This document shows positions 57,436-64,000 of a stretch of 64,000 bases of DNA, piece after piece (positions within the stretch are counted from its first letter, which is position 1; each line of letters begins with the position of its first letter). The notes beneath the pieces were generated by a model. That model was not told where the DNA came from. It saw only the letters and a list, made by a program, of their open reading frames with translations, and did not search any database. Made by a program: the position numbers and the translations under genes. This DNA comes from Patescibacteria group bacterium (lineage in GTDB: Bacteria > Patescibacteriota > Patescibacteriia > CAIXNZ01): assembly GCA_028714455.1 (NCBI GenBank), contig JAQTMG010000002.1:102047-166046 (forward strand). Reading direction: 5' to 3'.

Positions 57436-58519
57436 TTTTCCGCCAAAGACAGGCGGCGTGGCCAATTATTTATCTAATCTAAGCGAAAATCTGCCTCATG
57501 ACAAAATTGTTGTTTTGGCTGACAAAAGCGTGGGGCAAACACACCATCATGAAATCAAATACCGATTAATCAAAGAGGATTTATTTTACAGATTCTTCTG
57601 GCCGCGCTGGTTAAAAACTTGCTTTGTCGCGAAGAAAATTATTGATCAAGAAAAAATAGAGCAGGTTATCATCAGCCACGTTTTACCCATGGGCTATGTG
57701 GCTATGTTGCTTGGCTTGCCATATTTTGTAATTTTACACGGACTTGACATTGTCTTGGCCAAGAAATCCATCTGGAAAAGATATTGGCTTAAAAAAATAT
57801 TAAATAGAGCAAAGCACGTTATCATCAATAGTAATTTTACTAAAAAAGAAGTATTGGATATTGGGATTTCTGAAGATAAAATTACTATTGTTAATCCTTG
57901 TCCCAATTTTCAAAAAATGATCATTAACGAAACTGAAAAACAAATTATCAAAAATGAACTGGACTTGCATCATAAAAAAATTCTTTTGTCAGTGGGCCGT
58001 CTTATTCCAAGGAAGGGTTTTGATAAAGTGATTGAAACCTTACCTCAAGTTTTAAAACAGGTTCCCAGCCTAGTTTATCTGATTGTCGGCAGGGGACCAG
58101 ACCGAGAACGCCTGGAAAAACTGGCAGAAAAACTAAGCGTTCTGGGCAACATCACGATTGTTGAGGACGTGCCAGATTCAAATCTGCCGGTTTATTATGA
58201 TTTAGCCGATGTTTTTATTATGCCATCAAGAATTGTAAATAAAACCGATGTTGAGGGCTTTGGCATTGTTTATCTGGAAGCCAATCTTTTGGGCAAGCCG
58301 GTTATTGCTGGCAAAAGCGGAGGAGTAGAAGACGCAGTTATTGATAACCAGACGGGCATTTTAGTAAATCCCGAGGACGCCAATGCCATCGCCATTGCCA
58401 TTATTAAACTTTTTTCCGATGAAAATCTGGCGAACACATTAGGTGTTCAGGGCAAAGCAAGGGTCTTAAATGAATTTTGCTGGTCAAAACAAATTGCCAA
58501 GATTGAAAATATTTTATGA
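57407..58519 (+). CDS. glycosyltransferase family 4 (GT-B)
   Basis: EGFGIVYLEANLLGKPVIAGKSGG. Confidence 0.75.
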   Translation: MKKSLLITNDFPPKTGGVANYLSNLSENLPHDKIVVLADKSVGQTHHHEIKYRLIKEDLFYRFFWPRWLKTCFVAKKIIDQEKIEQVIISHVLPMGYVAMLLGLPYFVILHGLDIVLAKKSIWKRYWLKKILNRAKHVIINSNFTKKEVLDIGISEDKITIVNPCPNFQKMIINETEKQIIKNELDLHHKKILLSVGRLIPRKGFDKVIETLPQVLKQVPSLVYLIVGRGPDRERLEKLAEKLSVLGNITIVEDVPDSNLPVYYDLADVFIMPSRIVNKTDVEGFGIVYLEANLLGKPVIAGKSGGVEDAVIDNQTGILVNPEDANAIAIAIIKLFSDENLANTLGVQGKARVLNEFCWSKQIAKIENIL

Positions 58520-59694
58520 ACCAAAATCAAAAACTAAACATTTTAATGTTTAACATGTCCAAATATAGCGATTGGCAAAAAGGTGTAGTCAATCGCAATT
58601 TTCATATTTTACATAATTTAGCTAAGCGTGATGAAATTAATAAAATAATTGCGGTTGATTTTTTACCTTTTAATTGGAAAAGAGCAATAAAAACTTTTAT
58701 CTACGACCAGATTTTAAAAGACACAAGAGGCACAATTTGTTTTGGGGATTTAACTTCTCAATGCTGGCAAATCTCCAGCAAAATTTTAGTCTATTCAACT
58801 ATTGATTCTATTTTAAATAAAAAAAGAATTATTACGGAATTAAAAAGAATTTTAGACAAAGAGGGGATGAATAATAATTTGATCGTCTGGAACTACAATC
58901 CAATGTATATTGATTATTTTAACCAATTCAAGCAAAGGCTAAATATCTTTGACACGGTCGACAATTGGCTTGAACATTCAAGCTATCAAGAATATAAAAA
59001 TTTACTTCAGAAAAATTACGACACAATTAAGGATGGCAGTGATCTGATTTTTACCGTTTCAGAAAACTTGAAACAAAATCTTTTTAACAACCAGGAAAGC
59101 GCTCACTGGATTCCGAATGCCGTTGATTTGGATTATTTCCAAAACCAGACAAACATCTCGCCAAAATTACAGAATATTCCCAAACCGATTATCGGTTTTC
59201 TGGGAATTTTACAAGACAGAATTGATCTTGAAATTCTGCTAAATTTAGCCAAAAATAACCCTGAAAAATCTTTAATTTTAGCCGGTCCTGTTTGGAAAAA
59301 TTTTCCCAGAGAAAAATTTAACGGCTTAAAAAATGTTTATTTTCTTGGCCCAATAGGTTACTCGGAAATTCCGTCGCTTTATAACGGCTTTGACGTCGGC
59401 ATTATTCCATACAAAATCAACGCCTTCATCAAATCAACTGATCCCATGAAATATTATGAATATCTGGCGGCCAATTTGCCGGTGGTTTCAACTCCGGCGC
59501 CGGGCATTGAAAGATTTGGCAATTTAATTAAAGTTGCCAAAACACCCGAAGAATTTAATGTAATGGTTAATCAAGCCTTGAGTGAAGGAAAAGATAGGCA
59601 AAGAGAAGAAAGAATAAAGATTCTTCAAAATAATACGTGGGGCGACAGAATTGAAGAAATGTTAAAATTAATAAACGCAAGGTGGTCCACATAG
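58516..59694 (+). CDS. GT-B-fold glycosyltransferase
   Basis: C-terminal GT1-like nucleotide-sugar binding region. Confidence 0.55.
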   Translation: MNQNQKLNILMFNMSKYSDWQKGVVNRNFHILHNLAKRDEINKIIAVDFLPFNWKRAIKTFIYDQILKDTRGTICFGDLTSQCWQISSKILVYSTIDSILNKKRIITELKRILDKEGMNNNLIVWNYNPMYIDYFNQFKQRLNIFDTVDNWLEHSSYQEYKNLLQKNYDTIKDGSDLIFTVSENLKQNLFNNQESAHWIPNAVDLDYFQNQTNISPKLQNIPKPIIGFLGILQDRIDLEILLNLAKNNPEKSLILAGPVWKNFPREKFNGLKNVYFLGPIGYSEIPSLYNGFDVGIIPYKINAFIKSTDPMKYYEYLAANLPVVSTPAPGIERFGNLIKVAKTPEEFNVMVNQALSEGKDRQREERIKILQNNTWGDRIEEMLKLINARWST

Positions 59695-60099
59695 TCATTC
59701 CGAGCGTAGCGCGAGGAATCCATAACATCGATTAATATGAAACAATATTGCGTTTACATAATGACTAACAAAAGTGACTCCGTGGATTATACCGGCATAA
59801 CGAATAATTTATTTCGAAGAGTATACGAGCATAAAACCCATTTTAATGAGAAGAGTTTTACTTCAAAATATAATATCAATAAATTAGTTTATTTTGAGGA
59901 ATATAATAATCCCGATCAAGCCATATACAGAGAAAAGCAAATAAAGGGCTTGAGTAGAGAAAAAAAATTTAATTTAATAAAAACTATCAATCCTGATTTT
60001 AATGATTTGGCCAGAGATTGGTATAAAGATAGCCAGGCCGAGCGCAAAGAACAACCGACTCAACCTAAATCATAGATTCCACGCTGCGCTCTGAATGAC
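59694..60099 (+). mobile_element. GIY-YIG nuclease cassette bracketed by about 27-bp imperfect inverted repeats
   Basis: Left repeat GTCATTCCGAGCGTAGCGCGAGGAATCC at 59694-59721. Right repeat GGATTCCACGCTGCGCTCTGAATGAC at 60075-60099. A gene-less copy of the same repeats lies at 2371-2455. Confidence 0.55.
59737..60075 (+). CDS. GIY-YIG family nuclease (COG2827-like)
   Basis: YCVYIMTN...DYTGITNNLFRRVYEHK GIY...YIG motifs. Confidence 0.75.
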   Translation: MKQYCVYIMTNKSDSVDYTGITNNLFRRVYEHKTHFNEKSFTSKYNINKLVYFEEYNNPDQAIYREKQIKGLSREKKFNLIKTINPDFNDLARDWYKDSQAERKEQPTQPKS

Positions 60100-60125
60100 A
60101 GTTGTGGCTCGGCTTTTGCAAAAAT

Positions 60126-60995
60126 ATGGATTTATCAATAATAATTGTAAATTGGAACGTCAAAGACTTGCTACGAAAATGTCTGCAATCAATCTATAAA
60201 AAAACTCAAGGCCTTGAATTTGAAGTTTTTGTAGTTGATAACGCCTCAAAAGATAATTCAATTCAAATGGTTTTAAAAGAATTTCCTCAAGCAACTTTAA
60301 TCGCTTCAAATGTAAATCTGGGTTTCGCCAGAGCCAATAATCTAGCGCTCGAACAGGCCAGAGGAAAATATATTTTATTCATGAATCCAGATATGGAGCT
60401 GGTTGAAAATTCTTTTCCTAAATTAATTGAACTAATGGATAAGGATCCAAAAATCGCTTTGTCCACTTGCCAATTAATTTATCCTGACAGCTCCAGGCAA
60501 AATAATGTTAAAAATAACCCTGGATTTTGCGACCAATTTTTAATCCTCTTAAAACTCCATCATCTTTTTCAACCACGATGCTTAAAGAGATATTTGGCCA
60601 AGGATTTTGATTATTCCAAAGAACAAGAAGTTCGGCAAATAATGGGCGCTTTTATTTTTGCCAATGGCGAGATAATAAAAAAACTTGGCGGCTGGGATAC
60701 TGAATATTTTCTTTGGTGGGAAGATTTGGATTTATGCAAAAGAGTACAGGATACCGGTTATAAAATTGTTTACACGCCAAGCACAAAAGTTATACATTAT
60801 GAAGCCAAGGCCTTTGAGCAGCAACCTAGTTTGGAAAAACAAAAAAGATTTAATAGGGGAATGAGAATATATTTTAAAAAACATTTTGGTTTATTGGTTT
60901 ATTGGTTTATTGGTTTATTGGGGTTTATAAGCTTGGGTCTAGCCTGGTTGAGTCAGATCTTTAAAATCAAGCCAAAAACGCAATCAAAGTTATAG
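60126..60995 (+). CDS. glycosyltransferase family 2
   Basis: LSIIIVNWNVKDLL, DNASKDNS and a DxD-type FMNPD motif. ATG at 60126 preferred over 60102. Confidence 0.75.
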   Translation: MDLSIIIVNWNVKDLLRKCLQSIYKKTQGLEFEVFVVDNASKDNSIQMVLKEFPQATLIASNVNLGFARANNLALEQARGKYILFMNPDMELVENSFPKLIELMDKDPKIALSTCQLIYPDSSRQNNVKNNPGFCDQFLILLKLHHLFQPRCLKRYLAKDFDYSKEQEVRQIMGAFIFANGEIIKKLGGWDTEYFLWWEDLDLCKRVQDTGYKIVYTPSTKVIHYEAKAFEQQPSLEKQKRFNRGMRIYFKKHFGLLVYWFIGLLGFISLGLAWLSQIFKIKPKTQSKL

Positions 60996-61101
60996 AAAAA
61001 CTGAAACACTAAAAATAATCACGAATAGCACGAATTTATAAAAAAATTTCGTGTTATTGGTGAATAAAAATTCGTGGTTCAGTTATCACTGAAAAATAAA
61101 A

Positions 61102-61127
61102 AGCCCCACATTTCTGCGGGGCTTGAA
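61102..61127 (-). terminator. intrinsic terminator for the minus-strand gene
   Basis: AGCCCC-N10-GGGGCT, with a T-run on the minus strand. Confidence 0.5.
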
Positions 61128-61130
61128 AAA

Positions 61131-61409
61131 CTAACGATAACAAAGGATGAGCACGATAATTGATGCGCTGATACAGGCGCTTAAACCAAGGCAGGCCTGG
61201 AGCATGCGAATTCTCTTAAAATAACCTTCCAGCGCCATACACACCTGAACAACCAGGTAGATTGTGAACATGCTGATTGAAAGCCCCTGGACGTTGTGGG
61301 TCTTGATGATTTGATAAAGCTGAGGCAACATTGCCGTAACGTTGATAAAACCAATAACCCAAATAATAACTGACCAATGGATCTTCTCGGCGAATTCATC
61401 GCGTGTCAT
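61131..61409 (-). CDS. SemiSWEET/PQ-loop-like small membrane transporter
   Basis: Three transmembrane helices. MLPQLYQIIKT PQ motif. Start at MTRDEF, about 92 aa. Confidence 0.5.
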   Translation of the reverse strand: MTRDEFAEKIHWSVIIWVIGFINVTAMLPQLYQIIKTHNVQGLSISMFTIYLVVQVCMALEGYFKRIRMLQACLGLSACISASIIVLILCYR

Positions 61410-61501
61410 CTTATCCCTCCTTATTTTATTGTTAGGTACTTTAATTAAATATAATAGCAAAATTTTATATAATTGTCAAATGTTAACAAAATAATAAAAG
61501 C

Positions 61502-62962
61502 ATGTCAGATATAACAAATCTCTTAAAAAATAATAAAATCCAAATATTTTTGGCTATTTTAATCATTGAAATACTTTCTTTAATTAGTTTTAAAATTACC
61601 TGGCTTTCAGGAATATTTTTTGTCTTAATCTGTCTAGGCGTTTTAATTTTAACCTGGCGCAAATTAGAAAATGGCGTCTTGATTGCCTTGGCTGAATTGA
61701 TAATTGGCTCACAAGGATATTTATTTTATCTGATGTTACCCGGATTTAAGGTCTCAATTCGTCTGGGAATTTTTCTGATTGTATTTTTTGTCTGGTTATT
61801 TAAATATTTCAACTTCAGGAATTTCCTCAATTTATTGAGGAAGGATAGGCTAGTTCAAAATTTCATTTTACTTTTAGTTTTTATTGCTTTTGGCGCAATC
61901 AATGGTTTAATTCACAAAAATGGCGCTAGCAATGTTTTTTTTGATCTAAACGGTTATTTATATTTCGGACTCTTTTTTGTCTTTCTGGATGCTTTCAAGG
62001 ATAAAGAATTACCCAATAAATTTATTAATGTTTTACTTGCCGCTTTAACCTATGTTTCTCTGGAAATATTTTTTACTCTTTATATTTTCTCACATTCAAT
62101 TCCATATTTGCCTGATTTATTTTACCACTGGATTCGCGATACCAGGGTAGGGGAGATTACTTATGCCGGCGCTAATTTTTTCCGCGTTTTTTTCCAGTCG
62201 CAAATCTGGACGCTGGAAAGTATATTTATTATTCTATGCATTCTGTTATTAAATAAAAAGTCCAAGTGGCTATATATTCTCTTAATCTTTCTTCAAACTT
62301 CCATTCTAATCAGTTTTGCCCGCAGTTTCTGGCTTGGCGGCGCCGTGGCTATGGCGTTTTTATTCGGTTATTTAATTTACACTCGAATAAAAGAATGGCA
62401 GAAATTATTAAAAAATATTGGCTTAATGATTAGCGCTGCTATTCTAAGTGTTGTCTTGATTTTCGCGATTGCCAATTTTCCATTACCCAAACCCACGGCT
62501 TATTTTACGGCTGATATGTTAGTTGGCAGATTTACTCTGTTTAGCGATGCCGCTGCTTCTAGCCGCTGGCAAGAGCTGCCAGTGATTTTGGAAAAAATAA
62601 AAACCAGCCCCATTTTTGGCGCTGGCTTTGGTTCCACTATTACTTATAAAACCGAGGATCCGCGAATCAAAAATACCGATAATCCAGAAGGCTGGTATAC
62701 CACCTACACTTTTGAATGGGGTTTTTTAGATACGATTACGGAAATTGGTATTATTGGTTTATTGGTTTATTTAGTTTTTATCGGCCAGATCTTTTATCTG
62801 GGGCTTAAGGGCAGGGGAGAGAATTGGCTAAAAATTGGTTTGTTACTCGGTTTGATTGCTTTAGTAATAACTAATATCTCCAGTCCATATTTGAATCATC
62901 CACTGGGTATTGGCTATTTGCTTCTCTGTGCTGGAATATTTGAATCAAGATTGTCCGATTAA
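61502..62962 (+). CDS. O-antigen ligase/polymerase-like (Wzy_C-like) membrane protein
   Basis: About twelve transmembrane helices with a periplasmic loop. Located in the polysaccharide cluster. Confidence 0.5.
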   Translation: MSDITNLLKNNKIQIFLAILIIEILSLISFKITWLSGIFFVLICLGVLILTWRKLENGVLIALAELIIGSQGYLFYLMLPGFKVSIRLGIFLIVFFVWLFKYFNFRNFLNLLRKDRLVQNFILLLVFIAFGAINGLIHKNGASNVFFDLNGYLYFGLFFVFLDAFKDKELPNKFINVLLAALTYVSLEIFFTLYIFSHSIPYLPDLFYHWIRDTRVGEITYAGANFFRVFFQSQIWTLESIFIILCILLLNKKSKWLYILLIFLQTSILISFARSFWLGGAVAMAFLFGYLIYTRIKEWQKLLKNIGLMISAAILSVVLIFAIANFPLPKPTAYFTADMLVGRFTLFSDAAASSRWQELPVILEKIKTSPIFGAGFGSTITYKTEDPRIKNTDNPEGWYTTYTFEWGFLDTITEIGIIGLLVYLVFIGQIFYLGLKGRGENWLKIGLLLGLIALVITNISSPYLNHPLGIGYLLLCAGIFESRLSD

Positions 62963-63099
62963 TTGCCAACAAGTTGGCAAAATCCACAACGATTATCCCA
63001 ATTTATTGGGATTTATTATTTTGTAAATTTGTAAATATGAGCTAACCTGGTTGACAAAGAAATAAAAATTTGCTTAAATTTAGGAAAAGGAGGGAAAAA

Positions 63100-63444
63100 A
63101 TGACCAAACCAGTTGGTAAAGAAGTGCTAAGCCAGTGCGGAATCACGGGAAAGAAATGGAAAAAACTGCCAAATGGCCTGCGCAAACACCGCCGCTGGCA
63201 AAAGGCCCAGGAACGCAAACTGTTTCTCAAGCGCGAGCAGGAATGCAAGCGGCGCGCAGACGAACTGGCCAAGCTGCCGAATTATGAGGACTTTCCGAAA
63301 TCCGTACGACGCGACTACCACGGCGATTGTTGCCCCCACTGCTTCACGTCAAGAAGATTCGCGAGCGCTCAAGTCAAGATACAAACAAAGCAGGGCACAA
63401 AGACCCTCCACAAATGCGAGAGGTGCGGAAAATTATATCGGTAA
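63100..63444 (+). CDS. basic zinc-finger-like hypothetical protein, SD-led and GC-richer
   Basis: SD AAAAGGAGGGAAAAAATG. CCPHC...CERCG. A hairpin terminator follows at 63448-63485. Confidence 0.5.
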   Translation: MTKPVGKEVLSQCGITGKKWKKLPNGLRKHRRWQKAQERKLFLKREQECKRRADELAKLPNYEDFPKSVRRDYHGDCCPHCFTSRRFASAQVKIQTKQGTKTLHKCERCGKLYR

Positions 63445-63496
63445 AGAAAAAACCGCTCCAACAACTGGGGCGGTTTTAATTTTTCAGGACTCATCT

Positions 63497-63766
63497 TTAT
63501 TCGCCGTAATAAATATCACAAGCGAATCCTTTGGGATTTTGCTCGTGCCGGCAGAACGTAAACGCGACCTTGGCTGGCGGCATTTCAGCCGACAAAGATT
63601 CGGGATGGGTAACTGACATTAAAATAAAGAAAGCAATAAGAATATCAATACCCAGGAGCAACACATCTGAAAAAGCGTCCAAATACTTCCGATCCGCAAT
63701 ATCCCCAAATATAGCCTGTACGCCAAACGCAATCATACCGATCAAAAAACCAGCAAAAAATTCCAT
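63497..63766 (-). CDS. small membrane protein, SD-led
   Basis: SD AAAAAAGGAGGGAAAATG on the minus strand. Two to three transmembrane helices. Confidence 0.45.
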   Translation of the reverse strand: MEFFAGFLIGMIAFGVQAIFGDIADRKYLDAFSDVLLLGIDILIAFFILMSVTHPESLSAEMPPAKVAFTFCRHEQNPKGFACDIYYGE

Positions 63767-63822
63767 TTTCCCTCCTTTTTTGTTTAAGAACTTTTATGTT
63801 TTATTTTAACATTTTTGGAAAA

Positions 63823-64000
63823 TCATGTCAAGATCGTACCAATAATTTTCGCGTAACCATTTAAAAATTCCTTGGCAGACATTTTATTTTTGCCTTCAAG
63901 TTGCAATTCAATTAATTCCAGCTGACCACGGCCGCATTGAACTTTCAAAACATTATTAACCTCATAAACCTCGCCAACAACCCTGCTAACCTGCTCGAGC
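63823..64000 (-). CDS. fmt: methionyl-tRNA formyltransferase, C-terminal end (3' partial at the window edge)
   Basis: LEQVSRVVGEVYEVNNVLKVQCGRGQLELIELQLEGKNKMSAKEFLNGY resembles the Fmt C-terminal domain. Confidence 0.5.
   Translation of the reverse strand, partial: LEQVSRVVGEVYEVNNVLKVQCGRGQLELIELQLEGKNKMSAKEFLNGYAKIIGTILT

Noticed and set aside
60895-60925. GGTTTATT times 3 tandem repeat
   Set aside because: It lies inside the GT2 coding frame (encoding LVYWFIGLLGF). Not an intergenic or regulatory repeat.
1-64000. CRISPR arrays, rRNA genes, transposase or integrase genes
   Set aside because: No direct-repeat or spacer periodicity, no rRNA-like conserved stretches and no recognisable DDE or tyrosine recombinase motifs were seen by reading.

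Overview
AT-rich bacterial chromosome segment (by eye about one-third GC) with the look of a reduced, CPR/Patescibacteria-like genome. The core genes are short versions of housekeeping genes and almost all lack a Shine-Dalgarno (SD) sequence. They include murB, gatCA, copA, typA, rlmN, dnaG, rpoD, mnmA, a short alaS, and an infA-rpmJ-rpsM-rpsK-rpsD-rpoA-rplQ-rplM-rpsI ribosomal cluster with a CTD-less rpoA. The window ends in a surface-polysaccharide cluster (flippase, glycosyltransferases, O-antigen-ligase-like). RNA genes: tRNA-Ser(CGA), tRNA-Asn(GUU), and a compound locus where a complete tRNA-Ser(GGA) lies inside a roughly 230-nt insert. That insert interrupts the anticodon loop of a second, paralogous class-II tRNA and is closed by a perfect 16-bp helix. 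Accessory content: a convergent Type II restriction-modification pair; a GIY-YIG nuclease gene bracketed by inverted repeats, with a gene-less copy of the same palindrome between gatC and gatA; and a four-copy MITE-like intergenic repeat family. A scattered class of noticeably GC-richer single genes (plus two ORF-poor structured regions) carries near-identical perfect SD motifs (AAAAAGGAGGG-N5-8-ATG). Several of these genes are bracketed on both sides by near-duplicate terminator hairpins. Two GC-rich, ORF-poor structured regions with tiny SD-led ORFs (15.8-16.2 kb and 26.0-26.4 kb) are candidate non-coding RNAs. No CRISPR, rRNA or transposase genes were seen. All GC statements are by eye; no computation or database search was run.
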